A stretch of DNA of 64,000 nucleotides. Origin: an uncultured Candidatus Actinomarina sp. (GTDB lineage Bacteria; Actinomycetota; Acidimicrobiia; Actinomarinales; Actinomarinaceae). Positions 30,001 through 39,344 of the stretch are shown here, in pieces. The position numbers and the translations under genes are program-made. The first letter of the stretch is position 1. Each line of letters opens with the position of its first letter. The DNA lies in assembly GCA_902625455.1 (NCBI GenBank), contig CACOBL010000001.1:244191-308190 (forward strand). Direction: 5' to 3'. A model generated the notes under the pieces. The model was given only the letters and a program-made list of their open reading frames with translations. It ran no database searches and was not told the origin of the DNA.

Positions 30001-30787
30001 TTTCTAATTCAGAACTTATATCGAGTGATCTTTGAGTTGCTTTTTGGATTGCTTTTTTTATTATTATTTGAAATGAATCATCTATAAGAGAATCTAATCC
30101 TGCTTCAGTAATTCCTTTAGGTGATTTAATTTTATTAACAAGATCACTAAAAGTATCTTCATCGTTTATTAAGTCAGGTAGCGATTTTATAAGTTCTTTA
30201 ATTAATAATTCAGCATCTTTCTCACTCATTCCTTGATCGCTGCCAGCTTCAATTAATTGTTGAGATAGTTCGTAATACCAAGCGGGACCACTGCCTGATA
30301 ATGATGTAATTAATGGAAACATATCTTCGTCGAATTCTTTAATGTTGCCCAAAAATGAGAGAACTTCTAATTCAAAATTTATATAGTCTCCCTCATAATT
30401 TTTTACGAAAGGAATAAAACCATTATTTTTCTTAATTAATAAATTAGGCATTATTCGTATAATTTTATTATTTAGATATTTTGATATTGAAGAAATTGTT
30501 AAACCAGCAATTGGAGAACAAATTAATACATCTTTATTTATTTGAGTTGAGGTTTGTTTTAGAAATGAATTTATACCTTGTGGTTTTATACATAATATCA
30601 AAACACCTGAATCAATTTTTTCGAAATTCTTAAAAACTGGAAGGTTAAATTTTTTGCTGTAATTTTCTCTAATATCATCGTTTTCTTCATATAAGTGAAG
30701 ATTTAAATTGTTATTACTATTTAAGCCTTCTAAAAAAGCGGTACCTAAATTACCTAAACCAATAATATAAACATCCAAATAAGCCAT
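29993..30787 (-). CDS. proC: Pyrroline-5-carboxylate reductase
   Basis: N-terminal IGLGNLGTAF Rossmann motif and the ProC signature SLSGSGPAWYYEL. Confidence 0.8.
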   Translation of the reverse strand: MAYLDVYIIGLGNLGTAFLEGLNSNNNLNLHLYEENDDIRENYSKKFNLPVFKNFEKIDSGVLILCIKPQGINSFLKQTSTQINKDVLICSPIAGLTISSISKYLNNKIIRIMPNLLIKKNNGFIPFVKNYEGDYINFELEVLSFLGNIKEFDEDMFPLITSLSGSGPAWYYELSQQLIEAGSDQGMSEKDAELLIKELIKSLPDLINDEDTFSDLVNKIKSPKGITEAGLDSLIDDSFQIIIKKAIQKATQRSLDISSELENE

Positions 30788-30892
30788 TGTTTAATGATAT
30801 CAGGTGATTATCAAAATTCTAAATGGACTCTTTTTTAATATTTTTTTATTTTTATTTTGTTTAAATTCAGAATGATGTTATATTTATATCAA

Positions 30893-30914
30893 ATCTAAGT
30901 AAAAACACTTAGAT
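30893..30914. promoter_or_regulatory. Perfect 8-bp inverted repeat ATCTAAGT-N6-ACTTAGAT, candidate HspR (HAIR-like) operator
   Basis: Seen directly in the sequence, about 40 bp upstream of the ATG at 30953. It resembles the HspR-associated inverted repeat CTTGAGT-N7-ACTCAAG. A TATATA -10-like element and the SD GAAAGG follow. Confidence 0.45.
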
Positions 30915-30952
30915 TATATATATTAATTTGATAAGATTAGAAAGGTAAAAAA

Positions 30953-31153
30953 ATGAGTGGATCATTAACTGCATCACAAGTTAAGCCGGGTATACGAAGG
31001 TCGAAAAAATACACATCTGGTCGAGTTTGCGCATTTGATACTTGTGAAACTGTTATCAGCGTTTATAACAAAAAGAAGTTTTGTTTTCTGCATGCTCCTA
31101 TCTCCTATCCGAGAGTAAGAGGGCACTTGGCAAGAGAACAAGAACCGACTTAA
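30953..31153 (+). CDS. Small basic CCCH protein (paralog A), first gene of the dnaK locus
   Basis: 66 aa with motif GRVC-x4-C-x12-C-F-x-HAP-x-YPRVRG. About 55% identical to the ORF at 56205..56399. Own SD. 27 nt upstream of dnaK. Confidence 0.6.
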   Translation: MSGSLTASQVKPGIRRSKKYTSGRVCAFDTCETVISVYNKKKFCFLHAPISYPRVRGHLAREQEPT

Positions 31154-31180
31154 TAATTTTTACGAAAGGAAACATTAATA

Positions 31181-32989
31181 ATGGGAAAAGCTGTTGGAAT
31201 CGATTTAGGAACAACAAATAGTGTTGTAGCGGTCTTAGAAGGTGGTGAACCATCGGTTATTGCTAATGCAGAAGGTAATAGAACTACCCCATCTATTGTT
31301 GCTTTTAAGTCTGAAGAAGTCCTTGTCGGCGAACTTGCAAAAAGGCAAGCTATTACCAACCCAGACAACACAGTGAGATCTATTAAAAGACATATCGGGA
31401 CTAATTGGAAAGAAAAGTTTGAAGGTAAAGAATATACACCCCAAGAAATTTCAGCAAGAATACTACAAAAATTAAAAAGAGATGCAGAATCTTATTTAGG
31501 TGATGAAGTTACCGAGGCAGTAATTACTGTGCCAGCATACTTCAACGATGCTGAAAGACAGGCAACTAAAGAGGCTGGTCAAATCGCAGGTTTGAATGTT
31601 TTAAGAATAATTAATGAACCAACAGCAGCATCATTAGCTTATGGACTTGAGAATAATGAAGATCAAAAAATCCTAGTATTTGATTTAGGTGGAGGTACTT
31701 TTGATGTTTCAATTCTTGAGATATCAGAAGGTGTCTTTGAAGTTAAGTCAACGTCTGGTGATTCGAAACTGGGAGGAGATGATTGGGATCAAAGAGTGAT
31801 GGACTGGCTAATAGATAAATTTAAGTCTTCTACAGGAATTGATTTATCAAAAGATAAAATGGCCATTCAAAGAATACAAGAAGGTGCTGAAAAAGCCAAG
31901 ATTGAGCTATCTTCAACCACCGAAACTGAGATAAACTTGCCATTTATCACTGCCAATGATGCTGGTCCTCAACATCTACTTGAAAAGTTGAGTAGAGCTG
32001 AGTTTGAAAAAATAACAGCTGACTTAGTAGAACGTACTAAAGCTCCTGTTGAAAATGCTTTATCTGACGCAGGTATGAAATACTCCGACATTGATCACAT
32101 TATTTTAGTTGGTGGATCAACACGTATGCCATCCGTACAGCAACTTGTAAAAAATGTTACTGGCAAAGACCCTCACAAAGGAGTTAATCCCGATGAAGTT
32201 GTAGCTTCTGGTGCAGCTATTCAAGCTGGCGTCTTAAAGGGAGATGTGAAAGATGTACTTTTGTTAGATGTTACACCGCTTACTTTAGGTGTTGAAACAA
32301 AGGGTGGAATTATGACAAAAATGATTGAAAGAAATACAACTATTCCAACCAAAAGATCGGAAGTTTTTAGTACTGCTGACAACAATCAGACTCAAGTTGA
32401 AATTCATATATTACAGGGTGAGAGAGAAATGGCAGCTGGCAATAAATCTCTAGGTAGATTTACTCTTACAGACATCCCTGCTGCAATGGCTGGGACTCCA
32501 CAAATTGAAGTAACATTTGATATTGATGCCAATGGAATCGTAAATGTTAATGCCAAAGATCTTGGCACTGGAAAAGAACAAGCTATAACAATTACTGGTG
32601 GAACTGCGCTTGAAGAAGATGAAATCGATAGGATGATAAAAGATGCAGAACAACATGCAAATGAAGATGCTAAAAAGAAAGAGCTTGTTGAGACAAGAAA
32701 CATGGCAGAAGGTATGGTTACTTCAACTGAGAAAATGCTCGATGAAAATAAAGATAAAGCTACTGAAGAAGAAGTAACAGCAATCACTGAAGCAAATGAT
32801 AAATTAAAAAAGCTTCTTGAAAATGAAGATTTATCTCTAGATGATCTGAAAAATGGAATTGATGAGTTGGCTAAAGCAAGTCAATCTTTTGCAGAAAAGC
32901 TTTATGCTGAAGCCCAAAACGATGTACCGGACTCATCTGATGATGGTTCAGAAGATGTAGTCGAAGGTGAAGTTATAGAGGATGAATAA
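31181..32989 (+). CDS. dnaK: Chaperone DnaK (Hsp70)
   Basis: Hsp70 signatures [24 protein letters not shown]. Confidence 0.97.
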   Translation: MGKAVGIDLGTTNSVVAVLEGGEPSVIANAEGNRTTPSIVAFKSEEVLVGELAKRQAITNPDNTVRSIKRHIGTNWKEKFEGKEYTPQEISARILQKLKRDAESYLGDEVTEAVITVPAYFNDAERQATKEAGQIAGLNVLRIINEPTAASLAYGLENNEDQKILVFDLGGGTFDVSILEISEGVFEVKSTSGDSKLGGDDWDQRVMDWLIDKFKSSTGIDLSKDKMAIQRIQEGAEKAKIELSSTTETEINLPFITANDAGPQHLLEKLSRAEFEKITADLVERTKAPVENALSDAGMKYSDIDHIILVGGSTRMPSVQQLVKNVTGKDPHKGVNPDEVVASGAAIQAGVLKGDVKDVLLLDVTPLTLGVETKGGIMTKMIERNTTIPTKRSEVFSTADNNQTQVEIHILQGEREMAAGNKSLGRFTLTDIPAAMAGTPQIEVTFDIDANGIVNVNAKDLGTGKEQAITITGGTALEEDEIDRMIKDAEQHANEDAKKKELVETRNMAEGMVTSTEKMLDENKDKATEEEVTAITEANDKLKKLLENEDLSLDDLKNGIDELAKASQSFAEKLYAEAQNDVPDSSDDGSEDVVEGEVIEDE

Positions 32990-33461
32990 AGAAGAACCCT
33001 CTACTGATGAAGTAGAAAATGATTCAGATGAAACAGTTGAAGAATCAACCGTTTCCCTTTCCGAATACGAAAAAATTAAAGATGACTATTTAAGACTTGC
33101 GGCTGATTTTGATAATTATAAAAAAAGAGCTGAAAAAGAGAAGGAAAATATTGGATCTGCATCAGTAGCCTATTTCGTTAATGCTATTTTTCCACTTATT
33201 GATAACTTTGAAATGGCTATGGCACAAGAAGAAGTTGTTAAAGAAGTAGATGCACTAAATAGTATGCTTATCTCAGTTCTTCAAAGCTTACAGGTCGAAG
33301 AAGTAGGAGAAATTGGAGAAAGCTTTGATCCAGCTCTCCATGAAGCTGTTGAACATTCTGGTGAGGGTAATTCTCAGATAATCGAAGCTGTTCTACGTAA
33401 AGGATATCTATTTCAGGGTAGTTTAATTCGGCCTGCAATGGTGAAAGTAAAAAGTGAGTAG
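32982..33461 (+). CDS. grpE: Nucleotide exchange factor GrpE
   Basis: Overlaps the dnaK stop. GrpE motifs ([28 protein letters not shown]). Confidence 0.85.
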   Translation: MNKEEPSTDEVENDSDETVEESTVSLSEYEKIKDDYLRLAADFDNYKKRAEKEKENIGSASVAYFVNAIFPLIDNFEMAMAQEEVVKEVDALNSMLISVLQSLQVEEVGEIGESFDPALHEAVEHSGEGNSQIIEAVLRKGYLFQGSLIRPAMVKVKSE

Positions 33462-34539
33462 AGATTGGTTAGACAAAGACTTTTACGCCACCCTGGGCGT
33501 ATCACAAGAGGCAAGTACTGAAGAAATTAAGAAAGCGTATAAGAAGCTAGCGAGAGAAAATCATCCAGACTTGAACCCAGGAGATACAGAAGCGGAAAAA
33601 AAATTCAAAGAAATTTCAGAAGCTAGTTCAGTCCTCGGAGATGAAAAGAAAAGACAAGAGTATGATCAAATTCGTGCAATGGGTGCTTCAGGATTTGGAG
33701 GATTTGGTGGACAAGGGTTTAATGTAGAAGATTTTGGTGATTTATTTGGAAATCTCGGAGATATATTTGGATTCGGAGGTGCTGGAGGGAGAAGAAAAGG
33801 ACAAACTTATCAGACTAATATAAACATATCTTTCAATGATGCTGCTTCAGGAGTAGAAAGTGTAGTTCCTCTTCGAAAAGAAGTTATGTGTTCTTACTGT
33901 AAAGGAACTGGAGCAGATAAAGGCGAAGCTTTCCATAGGTGTAATATTTGCAACGGAAGTGGCCAGACAGCTTCAAATCAAGGATTCTTTTCTTTTGCTC
34001 AAACATGTTCAGCTTGCAAAGGGCAGGGAAATATAATTGATAAAGCATGTAAAACCTGTAGAAGTTCTGGATCTGTAATACAGAATGAGTCAATAAAAGT
34101 AAAAGTACCTGCTGGAGTAGATAACGGAACAGTTATTAGACTACGTGGAAGAGGAGGTCCTGGAGATACAGGCGCACCAGATGGAGACTTATTAGTTCAA
34201 GTTGCTGTTGAACCACACAAATTTTTCAAAAGAAATAATAGCGATTTGATTCTTGAAATTCCATTACTATTTACAGAGGCGGCTCTTGGTGCAAGTGTAA
34301 AAATTCCGACTCTTAAGAAAGCTGTAACATTAAAAATTCCTGCAGGTACTCCAAGTGGAAAAACTTTCAAAATAAAAGGTGAGGGAATTGCTCCGCAAGG
34401 CAGAAGACCTGGAGATTTATTTGTAAAAGTTTATATAACCCCTCCAACAAATTTATCAAGATCTGCAAAAAAACATTTAGAAAACTATAGAGATCAATTT
34501 GAGTCTGGGGACTCTCCAAGGGATTATTTGTATGAATAA
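33454..34539 (+). CDS. dnaJ: Chaperone DnaJ
   Basis: J-domain HPD (ENHPDLNP), G/F-rich linker, four CxxCxGxG zinc motifs, C-terminal substrate domains. GTG start overlaps the grpE end. Confidence 0.9.
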   Translation: MSRDWLDKDFYATLGVSQEASTEEIKKAYKKLARENHPDLNPGDTEAEKKFKEISEASSVLGDEKKRQEYDQIRAMGASGFGGFGGQGFNVEDFGDLFGNLGDIFGFGGAGGRRKGQTYQTNINISFNDAASGVESVVPLRKEVMCSYCKGTGADKGEAFHRCNICNGSGQTASNQGFFSFAQTCSACKGQGNIIDKACKTCRSSGSVIQNESIKVKVPAGVDNGTVIRLRGRGGPGDTGAPDGDLLVQVAVEPHKFFKRNNSDLILEIPLLFTEAALGASVKIPTLKKAVTLKIPAGTPSGKTFKIKGEGIAPQGRRPGDLFVKVYITPPTNLSRSAKKHLENYRDQFESGDSPRDYLYE

Positions 34540-34921
34540 TGAAGACTCAAAAGCAATATATTTTATTTCTGTAGCATCAACTCTTTCAGGAATCCATCAA
34601 CAAACAATAAGAACATACGAACAAAAAGGTTTAATTAAGCCTTTTAGAACAGGCGGGGGAACAAGAAGATATTCACAAGAAGACATAGATAAATTAATAC
34701 AGATCCAAAATCTTTCTCAGAGAGGTATAAATTTAGATGGAATAAAAATTATATATGAAATGAAAGATAAGATAGAAGAATTACAAAGTAAAATAATCTC
34801 TTTAGAACACGAAATGTCCACTCAAAAGGTAGATTCTAGGAATAAAGAACGAGAAATACACCAAAGTTACAAAAATGAAATTGTTAAAAAAACTAACAAA
34901 TCAATCAAAAAAACAAATTAA
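34532..34921 (+). CDS. hspR: Heat-shock repressor HspR (MerR family)
   Basis: MerR HTH (IYFISVASTLSGIHQQTIRTYEQKGLIKPFRTGGGTRRYS) plus a C-terminal coiled coil. Last gene of dnaK-grpE-dnaJ-hspR. Start placed at the internal ATG (MNNEDSK); the track start at 34499 overlaps dnaJ. Confidence 0.8.
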   Translation: MNNEDSKAIYFISVASTLSGIHQQTIRTYEQKGLIKPFRTGGGTRRYSQEDIDKLIQIQNLSQRGINLDGIKIIYEMKDKIEELQSKIISLEHEMSTQKVDSRNKEREIHQSYKNEIVKKTNKSIKKTN

Positions 34922-34931
34922 AATAAACTAA

Positions 34932-35150
34932 ATGGATACGGGTAACATAATTCTTTTTTTAAAAAAGTTCAGTTTTGTTCGATTGGTTGGAACCGGAATA
35001 GTTCTAAGGGTGTTTATTGCAATCATTGATGGTATTTTTGGGTTACAAATTAATGAAGTTGAGAACTTCAATTTCTATATTTTTGGTCTTGCACTGGCGT
35101 ATACAATCCTGTGGATGTTTAATAAAAGCTACTCCGAAGAAGAAGAGTAA
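34932..35150 (+). CDS. Small 2-TM hypothetical protein
   Basis: 72 aa, hydrophobic, acidic tail EEEE. Confidence 0.3.
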   Translation: MDTGNIILFLKKFSFVRLVGTGIVLRVFIAIIDGIFGLQINEVENFNFYIFGLALAYTILWMFNKSYSEEEE

Positions 35151-35162
35151 TATAAATTTTTA

Positions 35163-36326
35163 ATGAACTCTGTTCAGAGAATTACAAATTTAGATTTTAT
35201 TAGAGGTTTTGCTCTACTCGGAATACTTGTAATAAACGTAATAGCATTTGGGCTTCCGCTTACTGCAACTACAAATTCATCAACATTCGGAATTGACAAT
35301 ACTCTTGATTGGATAGTTTTGGTAATTTCATCAGTATTTTTTGAGCAAAAAATGATGGGTTTATTTTCAATGCTTTTTGGTGTTGGCATAATAATATTTT
35401 TAGAAAATGCAGAAAAAAAGACTTCGAAACCAAAAACACTAGCTATTTGGAGAAATGTTTTATTATTTTGTTTTGGGCTGATTCACCTATCAATTTGGGA
35501 AGGTGACATACTTGCACCATATGCAATTTGTGCTTTGTTACTAATCATATTTCCTAAAGTTGAAAATCCGAAATTCATATTTGCTGCAATAGTTTTTTTG
35601 ATGACAGCATTTATTTTAATAACAAACTATTTCTCTTCGTTATACGATACAGGTGGAAACTTGATTTCACAAGAAGAGTGGGTTCTTTTAGCAAGTAAAG
35701 GCGGTGCATTATCATATGGTAAGTTTTGGTTTCCAGATTCAGAATCTTGGGGCAATCTTGTTGCCATATGGTGGTATCTCGGAGCATTTTTTAGAGCAAT
35801 ATCTTTAATGCTATTTGGTTTTTTGTTATACAGATTAAACATTATTCAAGGTAAAAAAGAAATTTCATATTATAAAAGAATCTCTCTTGTTGGATTTTCA
35901 ATAGGTTTACCATTGGCTATCTACAGTATCTATTTGCTTATTAGTTCAAACTATGATCCATCTGTTCTTTTCATCAGCAATATTTTTAACACTTTATCAG
36001 TAATACCAATGGTTTTAGGATATACAGGACTTTTGACAATTCTTAATTTGAAACTAAAAGATTCTATAAGTAACAGGTTAAGAGCATGTGGTAAGTTGGC
36101 ATTTACAAATTATATTACCCAGACAATCTCTGGAGTTTTTATCTTAGGTGCATTTGGTTTAGATACGTTTTCAAGATCACAATTAATGGTCTATGTATTT
36201 TTAGTTTGGATAATCCAGATAGCTTGGTCAAAACCAATTTTAGATAGATTTAATTATGGACCTCTAGAATGGATATGGCGTAAATTAACTTACAGTTTTA
36301 TCAAGAAACATAAGTTTACGAATTAA
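35163..36326 (+). CDS. DUF418 (YeiB-like) membrane protein
   Basis: N-terminal LDFIRGFALLGILVINV is characteristic of DUF418. About 10 TM. Confidence 0.55.
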   Translation: MNSVQRITNLDFIRGFALLGILVINVIAFGLPLTATTNSSTFGIDNTLDWIVLVISSVFFEQKMMGLFSMLFGVGIIIFLENAEKKTSKPKTLAIWRNVLLFCFGLIHLSIWEGDILAPYAICALLLIIFPKVENPKFIFAAIVFLMTAFILITNYFSSLYDTGGNLISQEEWVLLASKGGALSYGKFWFPDSESWGNLVAIWWYLGAFFRAISLMLFGFLLYRLNIIQGKKEISYYKRISLVGFSIGLPLAIYSIYLLISSNYDPSVLFISNIFNTLSVIPMVLGYTGLLTILNLKLKDSISNRLRACGKLAFTNYITQTISGVFILGAFGLDTFSRSQLMVYVFLVWIIQIAWSKPILDRFNYGPLEWIWRKLTYSFIKKHKFTN

Positions 36327-37464
36327 ACATATTGGTAATAACTCTACTTATGTATTCAGCAAAAATAGGTTTTGCATCAATCCAAGATATATTGTAAGTA
36401 ATCTCAAAAGCCTCTTCAAAATCTTTTCCTGATGCAATTACTGTATACATATGCATAGCAGAATCAGCACCTGACATTGCATTCATAGCTTCAACAGTAA
36501 GATAACCAATTGAATAGCCAAGAACATAATCAGGATTTTTTGTACAAACACCCGGAATACTCTTGTTGTAATAATCTAATACCGCAGATGTTGAATAATC
36601 ATTAAATGGAGCTTGTATATGTCTACCAGTAACTTGTGATGACCTCATGTCTAAATATTCTTCATATGTTCCAACTCCCAGTGATATTCCAGCTGCATGA
36701 GCAATTCCCTCATTTAACCAACAAGGTGAGGCATCATTTGCACTCTGTTGAGGATTTCTAGCATTTCCTATCCACTGAGATGCAACAACTGAATGTGTTA
36801 CTTCATGAATATGTAAAGCACCATATCTATAGGCATCTATAGAATCTGCACTATTTATACCAAATACACCAACCCCAAAATGAGGAGGTTCTTGGTAAAT
36901 TCCAGAATTAGCTCCACTACAAATACCGTCACGACATGGAGCTCTTGCCATACCTCCTTCAAAACCAGTAGTGGTTAATTCATTTATGGCCCAATCTAAA
37001 TCTTCATAGTTGTAAAAAAATCCATAGTACTTTTCTGGAAGATTAAAGTTTTGCCAAAAACTAATGCCTTTTTGGATATATTTTTCATTATCTTCAAAAT
37101 ACAAATCAGTAGAAGGACCAATATTTAATATGATTTCAAAAGAATCATTTTCAAATTTATCATTTTCATTAGATATTCTTTGATAATCATTCCAGGCAAA
37201 TTTTGGTATATTATTAAGATTTGAAATTAATTCGCTGATGCTTACATATTCACAATCGTCACATTTATTTTTTACAATTGAGGTTGTAGTTGTGTCCTGA
37301 ATTGTAGTTGTAGTTGTGTCCTGTATTGTAGTTGTAGTTGTAGTTGTAGTTGTTGTTGTGTCCTGAATTGTATCATCTGATGAATCTTGAACAACATTAC
37401 TCTGACTTTCTGCTCCCCCACAAGTAATAAATATAAACAGAATAAATAATGATAATTTTTTCAT
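36316..37464 (-). CDS. Secreted lipoprotein with Thr-rich repetitive linker and HExxH zinc-metallopeptidase-like domain
   Basis: Signal peptide plus lipobox (FITCGG). (T)n-IQD repeats. HIHEVTHS (HExxH) in the C-terminal domain. Confidence 0.5.
   Translation of the reverse strand: MKKLSLFILFIFITCGGAESQSNVVQDSSDDTIQDTTTTTTTTTTTIQDTTTTTIQDTTTTSIVKNKCDDCEYVSISELISNLNNIPKFAWNDYQRISNENDKFENDSFEIILNIGPSTDLYFEDNEKYIQKGISFWQNFNLPEKYYGFFYNYEDLDWAINELTTTGFEGGMARAPCRDGICSGANSGIYQEPPHFGVGVFGINSADSIDAYRYGALHIHEVTHSVVASQWIGNARNPQQSANDASPCWLNEGIAHAAGISLGVGTYEEYLDMRSSQVTGRHIQAPFNDYSTSAVLDYYNKSIPGVCTKNPDYVLGYSIGYLTVEAMNAMSGADSAMHMYTVIASGKDFEEAFEITYNISWIDAKPIFAEYISRVITNMFNS
37280..37375. repeat. Imperfect tandem nucleotide repeat [(GTAGTT)n GTGTCCTGAATT]x3 encoding the Thr-rich linker (coding, minus strand)
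   Basis: Seen directly: gtagttgtagttgtgtcctgaatt units repeated with variable GTAGTT copy number. Confidence 0.7.
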
Positions 37465-37541
37465 GATAAGTTAATTATAATAACAATTCTTGAAACTCTC
37501 TTCAGGAGATTCAACAATTGAAAATTAACTTATCTTTTTGT

Positions 37542-39233
37542 TTAGCTTTTATGTTTTGTAATAAAAGAGTCAATTTTATTTTCTAAAATTGGAAGTGTTA
37601 TCCCTCCGTCGCATAAGACTTCATCATGGAAGTATCTAATGTCAAACTTATCTCCTAGCTCGTTTTCAGCTTTTCTTCGTAGTTCTTCAATCTTTAACTG
37701 ACCCATTTTATAGGAACATGCTTGTCCTGGCCAAGCAATATACCGATCTGTTTCAATTTCTGCATTTATGGCTTCAATTGGAGAATTTGCTTTGAAAAAA
37801 TCAATTGCTTTGTCTCTTGACCATCCCATGCCATGCATACCTGTATCAAGTACTAGACGACATGCTCTCCAAGCATCATTTCCTAATCGACCGAGTTGCT
37901 GTACATCATTAGAATATAAACCCATTTCATTAGCTAATTGCTCTGAATAAAGTCCCCACCCCTCGACAAATGCCGTGGAAGCAACATACTTTTGAAAGTC
38001 TGGTACGTCTTGAAGTTCAACTGCAATAGTTCTATCAAGGTGATGACCTGGTATGGCCTCATGAAAAGCAACCGATTCAGCCTCAAATATGCTTTTTGTT
38101 TCTGCTTTGTATGTATTGAGAAAATAAGTACCGTCTCTTGAGCCATCTGGTAAAGGTGGGTAGTAATAAGCAGGTGGAGCATGTTGCTCAGATTCAGCCG
38201 GTACCGGAAGGACTTTACATGGAGATTTTGGAAATACTGTGAACCACTCATCTAAAGGTTTATAAGATCTTTCTATGGTATCAATTGCTAACTGTAACAT
38301 CTGCTCTTTGCTTTCATATCTCATTGAAGGTTCTGTTTGCATTTTGTGTATTACATCTTCAGGAGTATTAACTCCATCAAATACATTTTTTCCAATTTCA
38401 AAAAATTCTTTTTTTAGTCTCTCTATTTCTGATAGACCTATTTCATGCACTTCTTTTACCGTTGTTGCTTTGTGTCCTGTGTATTTTCTTAGTGATCTTA
38501 AATAAGACTCTTCTCCACCATCAATCCACATAATCCCGCACTTGTCATCTCCCCGCCCTTTAGGAAGATGCTCAGTTTTTAATTGATCCAAATAAGCTGA
38601 TACAGTTGGCCTAATATTTGCTTCAATAATATTTTTTGCTTTATCTTTCCATTCAGAAATTTCTGAACCTGGAATCTCTGGTGAGAAATTGACTAAAAGT
38701 AATGGGTCCTGATCCAAAGAAGAAGCTAGGTAGTTTTCTAGTTGATCAATAGTTCGTAATAAGTTTCTTTCTGTTGCAACTCTATTGTTACTAAGACCCA
38801 CTTTTTGAACTTCAGCAATTTGAGTGTACAATCTCTTGTATAATTCAAGTCTTTTTAACATCATATCTGCTGATTCAGAATCAGGTACAAACATTTGTTG
38901 ATTGTAATCAATTAAAAATCCTGTAAAACCCGCTACTCCAGCTCCAAATTCCCAACTTCTATCAAGAAGAGAGTCTTTGTTTGAATTCAGGGCAAACTCC
39001 AACATCCCGTGTGTTACTTTTTCTCTACTTGTAAGATTATCTTTCTCAATAGCATTTAAACGTTTAGCGAAAGTATCAACAGTTTCTTTTTCTTTTTTAA
39101 ACTGCTCTTCTGTGAGTTCTTCTATTTGATCAAAATATTTTTTATGTCCTCGCATAATTGCTGATGTTGGTGAAGAATCTAAAGAATTTTGAAAAAAATC
39201 TTCAGAAAGACTGACTAACTGATTTTCTGACAT
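37542..39233 (-). CDS. DUF885 family protein (putative metallopeptidase-like)
   Basis: Conserved DUF885 motif HEAIPGHHLD and a size near 560 aa. Confidence 0.65.
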   Translation of the reverse strand: MSENQLVSLSEDFFQNSLDSSPTSAIMRGHKKYFDQIEELTEEQFKKEKETVDTFAKRLNAIEKDNLTSREKVTHGMLEFALNSNKDSLLDRSWEFGAGVAGFTGFLIDYNQQMFVPDSESADMMLKRLELYKRLYTQIAEVQKVGLSNNRVATERNLLRTIDQLENYLASSLDQDPLLLVNFSPEIPGSEISEWKDKAKNIIEANIRPTVSAYLDQLKTEHLPKGRGDDKCGIMWIDGGEESYLRSLRKYTGHKATTVKEVHEIGLSEIERLKKEFFEIGKNVFDGVNTPEDVIHKMQTEPSMRYESKEQMLQLAIDTIERSYKPLDEWFTVFPKSPCKVLPVPAESEQHAPPAYYYPPLPDGSRDGTYFLNTYKAETKSIFEAESVAFHEAIPGHHLDRTIAVELQDVPDFQKYVASTAFVEGWGLYSEQLANEMGLYSNDVQQLGRLGNDAWRACRLVLDTGMHGMGWSRDKAIDFFKANSPIEAINAEIETDRYIAWPGQACSYKMGQLKIEELRRKAENELGDKFDIRYFHDEVLCDGGITLPILENKIDSFITKHKS

Positions 39234-39344
39234 TGGGAGCTCCTCTTATTTTTAAAATTAATTACATTATTAAGTCTATCTTTTATTTTTATTTTTAATT
39301 GTCTAACTTTTGGATATTTTAAAAAGAAACCTTAATATGAGATT

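Noticed and set aside
37280-37375. Tandem repeat considered as CRISPR-like or minisatellite
   Set aside because: Units are about 24 nt with no spacers. The repeat is in-frame coding for a poly-Thr linker, and no cas genes are nearby.
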